From an uncultured delta proteobacterium (GTDB lineage Bacteria > Desulfobacterota > WTBG01 > CAIYCZ01 > CAIRTM01): a DNA stretch of 64,000 nt. The stretch covers positions 96,001-160,000 of the forward strand of contig CAWDSQ010000026.1 in the NCBI GenBank assembly GCA_963804955.1. The letters run 5' to 3'. Positions 33,368 to 43,460 of this stretch are shown in pieces (the stretch's first letter is position 1; the number at the start of each line of letters is the position of its first letter). Below the pieces are notes generated by a model. The model saw only the letters and a list, made by a program, of their open reading frames with translations, was not told the DNA's origin and made no database searches. The position numbers were made by a program, and so were the translations under genes.

Positions 33368-35822
33368 ATGCTCACTGCCTTAAAGTACTGGAGTTCGAGC
33401 GCATACGGGAGTTCCTGGGATCATTCGCCGCATCACCCGGCGGCCGGGCTGCCTGCAAAAGCCTGATGCCGCAGACCGGCCGCGGCGCCGTCGTACAGCT
33501 GCTGCAGGAAACGACGGAAATGCGCGACGAGCAGGACCTGCACGGCCCCCTGCCCCTCAGCGGCATCCACAGCATACGCACGGCTGTCGAGCAGGCCCGG
33601 ATGCAGAATTACTATCTCGATCCGCAGCGGCTCATCGAGATAAGCGACACGCTCGAAACCGCCGATACAATCAAAAATTATTTCTCGGGCCATGCCGGGA
33701 CCAGGCCCCTGCTGCACGCCATCACAAGCCTGATTGCGCCCCTTGGCAGCATCACGCGGCGTATCCGCGCAAGCATTTCAGGCCAGGCAGAGCTGCTTGA
33801 CAGCGCAAGCCCGGCCCTTGCTGACATCAGGATGCAGATAAAGAAACTGCGCTCCGGCATCATACGCACCCTTGAGCATATGCTGGTCGATGTCGATCTG
33901 GGCACGGCCATACAGGACGACTTCATAACCCTGCGCAATAACCGCTACGTGATACCGGTCCGCAGCGACAGCAAAAACAGCATACCCGGCGTCGTGCATG
34001 ACCAGTCGCAGAGCAAAGCGACATTCTTTGTCGAACCCCTCTCCGTGGTCAATCAGAACAATGAACTGCAGGGGCTGCGTAAAGACGAATACTACGAGGA
34101 AATAAGAATTCTCACCGAGCTCACCGGCCTTATTAATGCCGGCGGCCCTGAAATATGCTCAAACCTCGACATCATCGAGCGCGTCGACCTCATACATGCC
34201 AAGGCTTTGTTTGCCCGGACCCTGCGGGCAACCTGTCCCGAAATCAACACGAATGGGGTCATCGGCCTTCGCGCCTGCAGGCATCCCATACTGCTCTCAC
34301 GCTTTGTGGAAGACACCTCACCTGCAGCTGACGCTGACGGCAAACCGCAGGCGCCAACCGGAACCTGGGTGTTTGACCGCGACGCCGTGGTTCCCATCGA
34401 CTGCCTGAAAAGCACAAAATCATCCACCCTCATCATCACCGGCGCCAATGCAGGAGGCAAAACCGTTGCCATGAAGACCATCGGGCTTTTCGTGCTTATG
34501 ACACAGGCCGGCATGCACATACCGGTGGAGGCCCGCAGCACGATTGCCGTCTTTGACAGCGTTTTTGCCGACATCGGCGACGAGCAGAACATGGAAACAA
34601 GCCTCAGCACCTTCTCGTCCCACATGAGCCAGATACACGGCATAATTTCGCAGGTAACGCCTTCATCGCTGGTGCTGCTCGACGAGCTCGGGTCGGGCAC
34701 CGACCCGTCGGAGGGCGGTGCGCTTGCCGTTGCGATTCTTGATTTCCTGCGCAAGCACGGCTGCACAACCATCGTAACGACACATCTCAACTATCATGAA
34801 AACCTATGCCTACAGCCGCGATGATGTCGAGAACGTATCTGTGGCATTCGACCCGGGCACGTTAAAGCCCAGCTACAGCCTGGTGTACGGCATGCCCGGC
34901 TTCAGCAATGCCATTGCGATTGCCCGCACCATCGGTATTCCGGAAGAAATTCTGCAGAGCGCGGGCGGCTATCTCGAAGGGGCCGACCGGCAGGTGGCTG
35001 AGCTGATCCATGGCCTTGAAAAAACCCAGAAAGAGCTCTCGGACAGCAAAGAGGTGCTGCGCACTGCCATTCGCCTGGCACAGAAATATCACAATGCCGC
35101 TGAAAGCCTCCATGACAGCATGCATGACCAGCGCGAGAAAATCCTTAAAAACTTTGAAGCAAAAGCACGCAGCCTGCTGCGGCAAAGCGAGGACGAGCTT
35201 ATGAAAATCATCAAAGATCAGAAAAAACGCACCGTCATCCGCCCTGATGACGACTTCAGGCAGGATGATGCCGCACGCAGTGCGCTGACAGCTATTAAGA
35301 AAAAGCTGCACGATCAGTTCCCCAAAAAAGCCGGGCCGCATGAGCAGGTTGAGCACTATCTTGAAGCAGGCCAGACCGTGATGGTTGTGCACCTGAACAA
35401 GCAGGGAATTGTCATGAGCGCCGACAACGGGACAAAAAAAGCCGAAGTGGCCATCGGCACCATGCGTGTCAAAACCAGCTATAATGAGCTTGCCCCTGCT
35501 TCCGGGCCAGCCGGGCAGGCCAAAGGTGCAGCTCCGAAAAAAAGCCCGAAGACCGGGGCTTCAACCGCGGAGCCGGCATTTTCCCGCAAGGTAAATGTTA
35601 TCGGCATGCGTGTCGAGGAGGCCCTGCCCGTGGTTGACAAGGGCATTGATACGGCGCTTCTTGAAGGCGCCGATACTGTTGAAATCATTCACGGCAGAGG
35701 CACGGGCCGTTTGATGGCGGCCATTCATGAGCATCTGAAAACCAATCCCTGTGTAGAAAGCTTTGCCCAGGGCACACAGGCCGAAGGCGGCATCAGGGCT
35801 AACCATTATCCAGATAAAGTAA
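33364..35822 (+). CDS. mutS2: Endonuclease MutS2 (indels near 34795 and 35795)
   Basis: VHDQSQSKATFFVEP, TGANAGGKT, DIGDEQ..SLSTFSSH, LDELGSGTDP; Smr domain IIHGRGTG; corrected end GLTIIQIK* at 35822. Confidence 0.93.
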
Positions 35823-35864
35823 CCAGTAGCCAGAATTCAGAATAAAAGACATAGGGTCTTCAAA

Positions 35865-35943
35865 ACAGGGTGGGCTGTGCCCACCATTAAATCGCAAAAA
35901 CTTAGCGTGGTGACATCCGCTGTGGCGGAATGCCCACACTGAC
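35865..35943. repeat. Degenerate REP-like doublet
   Basis: ACAGGGTGGGCTGTGCCCACC and an inverted degenerate partner GTGGCGGAATGCCCACACTGAC. Confidence 0.4.
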
Positions 35944-35973
35944 CATTGTTCAGATAAAACAAGGAGACTTTTC

Positions 35974-36432
35974 ATGCAGGAAATAAGCCGTGAGGAAATA
36001 AACCGCATTCTTGAAACCGCACCAGACGGCATGCTCGGGCTGTGCGACAATGGCAAACCCTACTGCATACCCTTCGGGTTTGTCTGGACAAACGAGGCAA
36101 TCTACCTGTCGATGTTCAAAACGGGCCGCAAATGGGACTGCCTGCAGCGCAGCCCGCAGGTTTGCTTCAGCCTTTACAGCTGGAACGAAGACCATACCCG
36201 CTGGTCATCGGTTATCATTGAGGGAGAACTCAGTGCCGTTGAAAATTTGTCTGAAATCGAGCTGATGATCAGGGCCAATATCGCCAAAATGGGGCTTGAC
36301 CCTGAAACCTATCTTGCAAAGCGCATGGAGTATTACCGGACCAACCGGGATAATCCCAAAGGGCTGAAATGCTTCAAGATTAGACCCGCTTCGATACAGG
36401 GACGGTCAATGGCGACGCAGATTGGGAAATAA
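35974..36432 (+). CDS. Pyridoxamine 5'-phosphate oxidase-like FMN-binding protein (NimA-like)
   Basis: GMLGLCDNGKPYCIPFGF..GRKWDCLQRSPQVCF..WSSVIIEG. Confidence 0.85.
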   Translation: MQEISREEINRILETAPDGMLGLCDNGKPYCIPFGFVWTNEAIYLSMFKTGRKWDCLQRSPQVCFSLYSWNEDHTRWSSVIIEGELSAVENLSEIELMIRANIAKMGLDPETYLAKRMEYYRTNRDNPKGLKCFKIRPASIQGRSMATQIGK

Positions 36433-36447
36433 TTGAGGGGGGAATAA

Positions 36448-36727
36448 AGAATTCAGAAGCCAGGAGTCAGAAGCTAGGAGTCAGTAGTCAGTAGTCAGTA
36501 GTCAGTAGCCAGTAGTCAGTAGTCAGTAGCCAGTAGCCAGTAGTCAGTAGTCAGTAGTCAGTAGTCAGTAGTCAGTAGTCAGTAGTCAGTAGTCAGTAGT
36601 CAGTAGTCAGTAGTCAGTAGCCAAGTAGTCAGTAGTCTAGTAGTCAGTAGCCAGTAGTCAGTGAGCAGTAGCTGCAGAGTCAGTAGCCAGTAGTCAGTAG
36701 TCAGTAGTCAGTAGCCAGTAGTCAGTA
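36448..36727 (+). repeat. Tandem heptamer array (AGTAGTC/AGTAGCC and variants), about 40 units
   Basis: Directly visible; starts AGAATTC AGAAGCC AGGAGTC AGAAGCT AGGAGTC then (AGTAG[T/C]C)n. Confidence 0.97.
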
Positions 36728-36761
36728 TGTTGTAGAACCAAGACGTCTATTAAGGAGCCCT

Positions 36762-38279
36762 ATGAAAATCCAGGTAAAAAAAGGCTATATTGCCGCTGAA
36801 AGATGCGAGGCAGTTGTGGCGGGCGTTTTTGAAGGCACAAAAAAACTTGCCGGTGCGGCAGCGGCTCTTGACTGGGCTGTGGGCGGTTTACTTGCCGGCA
36901 TGCTCAAAAGCGGCGACTTTACCGGCAAGTTGAATAAAACAGCTGCTCTGTATCCCGATAAAAAGCTGCCCCTGAAACGCATCGTGCTGGTAGGGCTCGG
37001 CAAGGAAAAAGATTTCACCTGCGACAGACTCCGGGGCGCAGCAGCTGCGGCTGCCCGCGCCGTGCGTGACCTTGGCGTCACAGGCATGCTGCTGCCCCTT
37101 GACTTTGCCCCTGCGAAACTCAGTGCATACGACACAGCGCGTGCGCTCGTGGAAGGCCTGATTCTCGGGCTGTACCAGTTCAAAGAATATAAAACAAAAA
37201 ACAATGGCAATGGAGGCAAGCCCCTCACGGCCTGCACGCTGCTGGCAGGCACTGCCGCCGGGCTCACGAGCGCAAAAAAAGGCGCCGCACATGCCGAAGC
37301 CGTATCGCGGGCGGTCTGCCTTGCCCGCGATCTTGTCAGCAGGCCGTCAAACACGGCAACGCCGGAGCATCTTGCCCGGGCCGCAAAAACGATTGCAGCT
37401 CTGCACGGCATCGCCTGCACGGTGCTGGACGGGCGGCAGGCGGAAAAACTCGGCATGGGCGCTTTCTTCTCAGTGGCCCGCGGCAGCGAAGAGCCTGCGC
37501 GCTTTATCGTCCTTGACTACAAGCCTCACACGAAAAAACCCGCACCGGCCGTCGTGCTCATCGGCAAAGCCATAACCTTCGACAGCGGCGGCATTTCCAT
37601 AAAACCGGCGCAGGGCATGGAGGAAATGAAAACCGATATGGCAGGCGGAGCGGCAGTGCTCGGGGCCATGCAGGCGGCAGCGGCACTCAGGCTGCCGGTG
37701 CATGTCATAGGCATCATACCTGCCACGGAAAACATGCCCAGCGGCCATGCTCTCAAGCCCGGTGACATCATAAAGGCCATGTCAGGCAAAACCATAGAAA
37801 TCATCACCACCGATGCCGAGGGCCGCCTCATCCTTGCCGACAGCCTTACCTATGCGCAGCGCTACAAGCCTGCGGCTATTATCGACCTGGCAACGCTGAC
37901 CGGGGCGTGCATCATTGCCCTTGGGCATGCTGCATCAGGGCTGATGGGTACGGATGAGAAACTCATTAAAAAAATCCAGGCCGCTGCTGAGGCAACGGGC
38001 GAAAAAGTCTGGCCGCTGCCGCTGTATGAAGAGTACTCAGAGCAGCTGAAAAGTGATGTGGCGGATATTAAAAACACCGGCGGCAGGCCTGCAGGCGCAA
38101 TAACGGCAGGATGCTTTTTAAAGGAATTCGCCGGCACTATCCCGTGGGCGCATATCGACATTGCCGGCACAGCCTGGGCTGCCAAGCCCCTGCCCTACAT
38201 ACCCAAGGGAGCCAGCGGTGTCGGCGTACGGCTGCTGGTGGAACTGCTTGAGCAGTGGGGTGATACCACCGGGGCATAG
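36762..38279 (+). CDS. pepA: Leucyl aminopeptidase (M17)
   Basis: GKAITFDSGG, MKTDMAG, TDAEGRL, DLATLTGA, HIDIAG. Confidence 0.96.
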   Translation: MKIQVKKGYIAAERCEAVVAGVFEGTKKLAGAAAALDWAVGGLLAGMLKSGDFTGKLNKTAALYPDKKLPLKRIVLVGLGKEKDFTCDRLRGAAAAAARAVRDLGVTGMLLPLDFAPAKLSAYDTARALVEGLILGLYQFKEYKTKNNGNGGKPLTACTLLAGTAAGLTSAKKGAAHAEAVSRAVCLARDLVSRPSNTATPEHLARAAKTIAALHGIACTVLDGRQAEKLGMGAFFSVARGSEEPARFIVLDYKPHTKKPAPAVVLIGKAITFDSGGISIKPAQGMEEMKTDMAGGAAVLGAMQAAAALRLPVHVIGIIPATENMPSGHALKPGDIIKAMSGKTIEIITTDAEGRLILADSLTYAQRYKPAAIIDLATLTGACIIALGHAASGLMGTDEKLIKKIQAAAEATGEKVWPLPLYEEYSEQLKSDVADIKNTGGRPAGAITAGCFLKEFAGTIPWAHIDIAGTAWAAKPLPYIPKGASGVGVRLLVELLEQWGDTTGA

Positions 38280-38316
38280 CTGTTTCAAAATAGGCACAAA
38301 GATGGGAGAGGTGTTT

Positions 38317-40521
38317 ATGAAAGCAAAGCTGATTTTCATGTGTGCCTCAACAATCATTCTTGCAGTGACAATTGCCGGCTGCCGCTGGCAGCAACCGCAA
38401 AATTTCGAGCCGCGCACCTGGACTCAGGGAACCGAAGATATCAGCGAAACAGGCGCCACGCTCAACGGCGCTGTCAACCCGAACGGTTCAGCCACAACAG
38501 CCTGGTTTGAATGGGGAACCGACCCGGATCTCACTACATGTACCGAAACCCCTCACAGGTCTCTCGGAGCCGGCGCAGTAGGCATTAAAATCTCTGCCGG
38601 TCTCACCGGCCTGGCGCCCGACACAATCTACTACTACCGGGCAATCGGGACGAACCATGCGGGAACAAGTGAAGGGAAAACAGGGGCATTTTCCACACAA
38701 TCTCCAGACAGGGCCAAGATAACCGTCACGACACTGATCGACCAGTCTCCCCCGCCGGCTGACGCCATGACGATCAGAAAAGCGCTTGAGAACATCGAAT
38801 CCGGCGGCACGATAACCTTCGCACCAGCCCTCAACGGCGGAACAATCAACCTGCAGCTCATCGGTTCAACCACATCTTTACTTAAAGCAGAAGTATTCAC
38901 TCTGGGCATGGGATGGGTATTTCAGGGATTCCAGCAAAGGAACTACGGCAATTCAGCCCTGTATGCAGAAAAACATGTAACTATCGATGCCTCAAGCCTG
39001 CCCGATGGCATAACGCTGCGCTGGGATGGTGGCGATGCCAGCAGAGCACGCGTGCTGGCAATCTACGGCAACCTGACCATGAAAAACGTCACCGTCACGT
39101 CGGGCTATGCCGTCAGTGAGCCGATCAGCGATGAAAACCAGCCCTATACCCTGGCGCGCGGCGGCGGCTTAGCGGTATGGGGAACTGCCGTGCTTGACCA
39201 TTGCACGATATACGGCAATACAGTCCGGGGCGATGAAAACCCCAGCCGTGATCGAGGCGCCTTCGGCGGGGGCATCTATGCCGATATGCTCACCCTGAAT
39301 GACTGCGTCGTCAGCGGCAACGCGGCCAAAGGATTCGGCGCAGCCGGTGGCGGTATTTATTCGGTATCAGGAGCAGACGGCTGGGGGCAGGGCTCAACGC
39401 TCACGGGATGTGCCGTCACCGGTAATCGCGTCACCGGCCAGCATGCCTATGGAGGTGGCGTTTACTCCGACGGCGGCGGCCCGGGAAACGCACAGACTCT
39501 GCAGGCAATAAACTGCACCATAGCCCGCAACATGGTGGAAGACAATCCCGGTATCGAGCAGGACGATCTGAACCGCTATTATTACCGCGGCGGCGGCATC
39601 TATATGTCGAACGGATTTCTTTCTGTTGAGGCATGCACCATAGCTGAAAATACGGTGACGGGCCACCCCCGCGTATTCAATAAACCCAATATGGGCGGTG
39701 GCGGCATTGCCGCTACGATCGGCAACGCCCATGTGGTTGAAAACATGCAGCTGCAGCATTCCATCATAGCCGGCAACACTGTTAATTCTTTCTCTAATGA
39801 TGTGTATAGCGGCTCGCTGGTGCATTTCTACAGCTGGGGGTACAATCTGATCGGCACGCTGGACTTCAGCCAGATTCTCGTGCCCATTCCGGCGTGGAAT
39901 TCTCTCAGCAGAAAGCACTGGCCCAAAATCGGAGATAGTGAAGGGATTGGCCCTGCCGATGTGCTGGACATGAACAGCATCATGCATCACAACACCATCA
40001 TATCCGTCGGAGCAGATGCCGGGCAGCCGGCTGTGCTGTGGTACCAGCCAACAGGAAGCGCCGTCGATAAAATCCCTGTCAGTTTTTACGGAGTGAATTA
40101 TTTGATAGCACAATACGAAGTTCCGGCTGAAAAAACAGATGACTTCCTGAACCATGCTCTTGCGAAAATACGTGCAAAATATGGCGATATTTTAGGCCAT
40201 GATTTCGGGGAAGACTTTGGGGACATGTCCGGCACTACCTGGTATGGCCCGTCGGTTGAATGGCCGACCAATCCGCAAAATGCCGCCTGGATCCAGTTCT
40301 GGCGCAATCTTGACAGCTCCATCGGCGACAGGCTCGGCGATGTCAAGCTCGGCGATGATTTTTGGGGCTCCTTCAAAAGCGGGCCTCTGGGAGACAATGT
40401 TACAATAACCGTGGAAACAAGGAGAAAAAGCGCTCTGCGCATGAGCGCGAAAGATCAGCAGGGAAACTGGCGGCCGGCGGGTCTGAAGGCCGACATCGGA
40501 GCGATCGAGGCTGCGCCGTGA
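38317..40521 (+). CDS. Putative lipoprotein: fibronectin type III-like domain, GGG-rich beta-helix repeats, choice-of-anchor-Q-like C-terminus
   Basis: Lipobox IAGC; ATLNGAVNPNG..WFEWG..LTGLAPDTIYYYR; repeated GGGIY and N-rich strands; DQQG..R..DIGAIE. Confidence 0.7.
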   Translation: MKAKLIFMCASTIILAVTIAGCRWQQPQNFEPRTWTQGTEDISETGATLNGAVNPNGSATTAWFEWGTDPDLTTCTETPHRSLGAGAVGIKISAGLTGLAPDTIYYYRAIGTNHAGTSEGKTGAFSTQSPDRAKITVTTLIDQSPPPADAMTIRKALENIESGGTITFAPALNGGTINLQLIGSTTSLLKAEVFTLGMGWVFQGFQQRNYGNSALYAEKHVTIDASSLPDGITLRWDGGDASRARVLAIYGNLTMKNVTVTSGYAVSEPISDENQPYTLARGGGLAVWGTAVLDHCTIYGNTVRGDENPSRDRGAFGGGIYADMLTLNDCVVSGNAAKGFGAAGGGIYSVSGADGWGQGSTLTGCAVTGNRVTGQHAYGGGVYSDGGGPGNAQTLQAINCTIARNMVEDNPGIEQDDLNRYYYRGGGIYMSNGFLSVEACTIAENTVTGHPRVFNKPNMGGGGIAATIGNAHVVENMQLQHSIIAGNTVNSFSNDVYSGSLVHFYSWGYNLIGTLDFSQILVPIPAWNSLSRKHWPKIGDSEGIGPADVLDMNSIMHHNTIISVGADAGQPAVLWYQPTGSAVDKIPVSFYGVNYLIAQYEVPAEKTDDFLNHALAKIRAKYGDILGHDFGEDFGDMSGTTWYGPSVEWPTNPQNAAWIQFWRNLDSSIGDRLGDVKLGDDFWGSFKSGPLGDNVTITVETRRKSALRMSAKDQQGNWRPAGLKADIGAIEAAP

Positions 40522-40880
40522 CCGCGAGCAGGCAGGGACTTTCCGGCAGTGAGCATTCATGGCGCTCCTGCTGGTAAGCGCTGACGAGGGAAGCACGCCA
40601 ACCCTGTTTTCAGGATTTTGACGGGCACACTTCGTGAGTCTCTATGAAGGGGAAAAGAAATTTTCCATGAGCACGTATTGCTCCGTAAGCCAGGCATGCA
40701 AAAAAAATCGTCGAATTACATTATCTACCTTCTCAATCACTTTTTCCTGTATTGCTGCGCGACTGAACCCCTTATCCTTCAAAACAGGCCCGCCCAGAGG
40801 GAAATGATACCAACAATATTTTCCAAACCTCACCATAGGCTCCGCCCTGGGTCAATCTTCCAACCAGGTATTCCAACCTG

Positions 40881-41020
40881 CAAGCATGAATTGATCGTCT
40901 TTCGAAAACCATCGCCTATGGCGATGGTTTCTCAAGAAGGCAACTCAAACACGCCGTGTTTTTTGCTTCCGCCCTTTCAGGGCGAAATCAAGCCACCCGC
41001 TATGCGGGTGGTTGTTGACT
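40881..41020. mobile_element. IS200/IS605-like end hairpins without tnpA (internally deleted relic)
   Basis: Hairpins AAACCATCGCC-TAT-GGCGATGGTTT (40906) and AGCCACCCGC-TAT-GCGGGTGGTT (40991) followed by GTTGAC. Confidence 0.6.
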
Positions 41021-41258
41021 TTAAAATTCTTTTATTAATTTGCCGCGACCTTAACTTATTAAAAATCTTTTATTTTAAAAATTTATATAAAATAATACTA
41101 ATTTCTTTTATGACTAATTTTCACTAAAAATACTTAATTTGTATTAGGTAATAAATGAGTATTAAACTAAGCATTGCGTGTTCTTTAAATGGCTGTAAAA
41201 TATAATTTAAAAATCGTCTAACATTTTAAAACGGTCATATTTTTCATGGGAGGGTACA

Positions 41259-42008
41259 ATGTTTAAACTATCTAAAGCGGTTGTTGTTGTTTTCAGCAGT
41301 AATTTTGATTGCTGAAGCAGCTGTGCAGGATGCTTATGCGCAGTCAACCGCCTATGTCTGGTCACCGGTTCCTTTAACGGAAGTAAATCCCGAAAACACC
41401 GACTTGCGCGGCATCTGGGGAATCGCTGATAGACAACAATACGGATATGTTTGTTGTCGGCCAGGCAGGAAAAATATTTCATTATTCAAATGGCGTATGG
41501 GTTCAGGAGACTACCGGAGAAACGCGCGACCTGAATGCTGTTTATGGATTCAGCGCTACAAGCGTTTTTGCAGTAGCAGATACCAACCGCGCCATCTATT
41601 ACTATGCTGGCTCCTGGGCAAAGCGCTCAAGCGACAACCTGAATAACGGCCTTTATTCTGTCTGGGGGACCGATCCCTACAATTCTTTTGCCTCAGGCAA
41701 ACTCAGTATTTTTTCCATATTTTTAAACTATTACTACAATGTCATCAACATCAATATGAGCAATTCTCCTAATATCGCACGAACGGACTCCAGCGGGATT
41801 AAAGGCGATCGTTTCGGCATCTGGGGCTCGGCTGAAAATGATGTCTACATGGTTGGCGCGCCTGCGGAAACCTGCTCAACCACCTCCTGCTCAGGACCGG
41901 CTTCCACTATTTCCCATTACAATGGCAGCAGCTGGTCGCCGGTTGCCACAGAAAATGCTTCCTCGACGCTGTATGCCATTTGGGGAACATCGGCCACTGA
42001 TGTCTGGC
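41259..42008 (+). CDS. Secreted beta-propeller-like repeat protein (L.GIWG...D.F.VG repeats), apparently truncated
   Basis: GGGAGGG RBS, signal peptide, repeats LRGIWG, LNAVYG, LYSVWG, FGIWGSAENDVYMVG, LYAIWGTSATDVW; indels near 41280 and 41430. Confidence 0.6.
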
Positions 42009-42159
42009 CTGCCTGTTCGGGTTTAGCAACAGGGAGCGGCCCAGGCTCCGCTGGAGTCAGGATCAGAAAAACGAATTCTATTGGTTTCGCCTGTAGGGCA
42101 GGCAGCAGATGCCTGCAAGGAAGTCCTAACTCACATTTTCAATCCGCGATCAGAGTTCC

Positions 42160-42738
42160 TCATGGCAACACCTTCTTTGCAATCATGCTGGCGAGAGCGT
42201 TATAGCCGCCTTTGCCGTCGGGCTCGATGCGCTCGTGATAGTATAGAACGAACAAGTCAAGAAACGACTCGAGCAGTTCATTGGGGTTTAATAAAAAATC
42301 GGTATTGTGAGGACCATCGAAACGCTGCTGGTCGAGCGTATAGGTCTCGAAAAACAGAATGCCTCCTTTTTTAAGCCCGGCCTTTATACGCGGAACAAGG
42401 GCGCGCTCAAGAAAATAGAAGTTAAGAATGACGTCGAAATGATTTTCAGGAAACGGCCAGTCGATCATGTCTGCAGCCACAGCATCTATTGAGAGGCCTT
42501 TGTCACGGGCACACTCCTGCGCCAGTCCAACGGCAGCACTGGATCGGTCAACACCAGTTACGCTGTAGCCGCGCTGGGCAAGATAGATGCCGTTCTGGCC
42601 GGAGCCCATGGCAATATCAAGGGCCGTACCTCCAGCGCCAAGCATAGATGCATTCTCCTGCAGAAAAACTGCAGGCTGGGGAACATCCGCAAGGCTGCGC
42701 ATGTGATACTTTTCTTCCCATGTCCGCTCATTGCTCAT
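42160..42738 (-). CDS. Class I SAM-dependent methyltransferase (TehB-like)
   Basis: ALDIAMGSGQNGIYLA..GVDRS; FDVILNFYFLER; LKKGG. Confidence 0.88.
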   Translation of the reverse strand: MSNERTWEEKYHMRSLADVPQPAVFLQENASMLGAGGTALDIAMGSGQNGIYLAQRGYSVTGVDRSSAAVGLAQECARDKGLSIDAVAADMIDWPFPENHFDVILNFYFLERALVPRIKAGLKKGGILFFETYTLDQQRFDGPHNTDFLLNPNELLESFLDLFVLYYHERIEPDGKGGYNALASMIAKKVLP

Positions 42739-42758
42739 GCACACCTCTCATCAGTCAT

Positions 42759-42783
42759 AAAAAAGGAGACCCGCAGGTCTCCC
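42759..42783 (-). terminator. Intrinsic terminator
   Basis: Minus strand GGAGACC-tgc-GGGTCTCC followed by a T-run. Confidence 0.7.
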
Positions 42784-42803
42784 GTCTGTTGTCCTAATCA
42801 CGG

Positions 42804-43364
42804 CTAAGGGCATAACGGCAGCGGCAACGGGGTGTCGCAGTCGGCCTTGTCACAGGCATCGCCTATGCCGTCATCATCCGAATCGGTCTGTGCTGGATTA
42901 TAGACAGCGGGGCAATTATCCACGGTGTTTTTTATTTTGTCATAGTCGCAATCATTGTTGGTGCAGGTGATGCCGCTGCCGCATGACTCCGGTCGGGTCC
43001 AGGTGCTGCCATCCGGGCAGGTCCAGGTCTCGTCGGTATGGGCAATATATTTCCTGCTATCCACCATGTATTCCACACCGCCGGTCACCGCCTTCATGCT
43101 GTAACAAAAAGCTCCCGACGGGTCCCGAACAGTTACATCCTGGCCCTCCGCCGTCATTGTGGCGCCGCTGGTATACTGATACGTGACAGTCCCATTGTCG
43201 AAGAACCAGCACTCCTGACACTGCAGGTATTCGGCGCAGGGCAGGCCAAAATCCCCACACGGTATACATACAACTTTTGGCTTGCAGGCTGTTTGAGTCA
43301 GCATTGCCAAACACATCACGGCACATGCGGAAACAATAAAAAATAATTTTTTCTTCGCCAACAT
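42804..43364 (-). CDS. Cys-rich secreted/lipoprotein with thrombospondin type 3-like repeat
   Basis: Hydrophobic N-terminus ending QTAC; DNCPAVYNPAQTDSDDDGIGDACD. Confidence 0.7.
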   Translation of the reverse strand: MLAKKKLFFIVSACAVMCLAMLTQTACKPKVVCIPCGDFGLPCAEYLQCQECWFFDNGTVTYQYTSGATMTAEGQDVTVRDPSGAFCYSMKAVTGGVEYMVDSRKYIAHTDETWTCPDGSTWTRPESCGSGITCTNNDCDYDKIKNTVDNCPAVYNPAQTDSDDDGIGDACDKADCDTPLPLPLCP

Positions 43365-43460
43365 AGCACCCTCCCTTAAAAAATTTATGAAAATCCATAC
43401 TCTCTTTGCTAGTATACTCAAAAAATGGGGCTAGTAAAAGTATTAATACCAGCAGATTAT

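Noticed and set aside
36448..36727. CRISPR array or coding repeat
   Set aside because: Pure 7-nt tandem units with no unique spacers and no cas genes; TAG stops recur in the plus-strand frames.
38161..38316. N-terminal extension of the 786-aa ORF
   Set aside because: Overlaps pepA; GAGG RBS and lipoprotein signal support the start at 38317.
40642..41127. ORFs 40642-40836 (-) and 40678-41127 (+)
   Set aside because: No recognisable homology; the longer one runs across the IS-like hairpins and AT-rich DNA.
41128..41163. Imperfect inverted repeat AATACTTAATTT...AAATGAGTATT as an operator
   Set aside because: Lies in very AT-rich DNA where such matches arise by chance; no supporting evidence.
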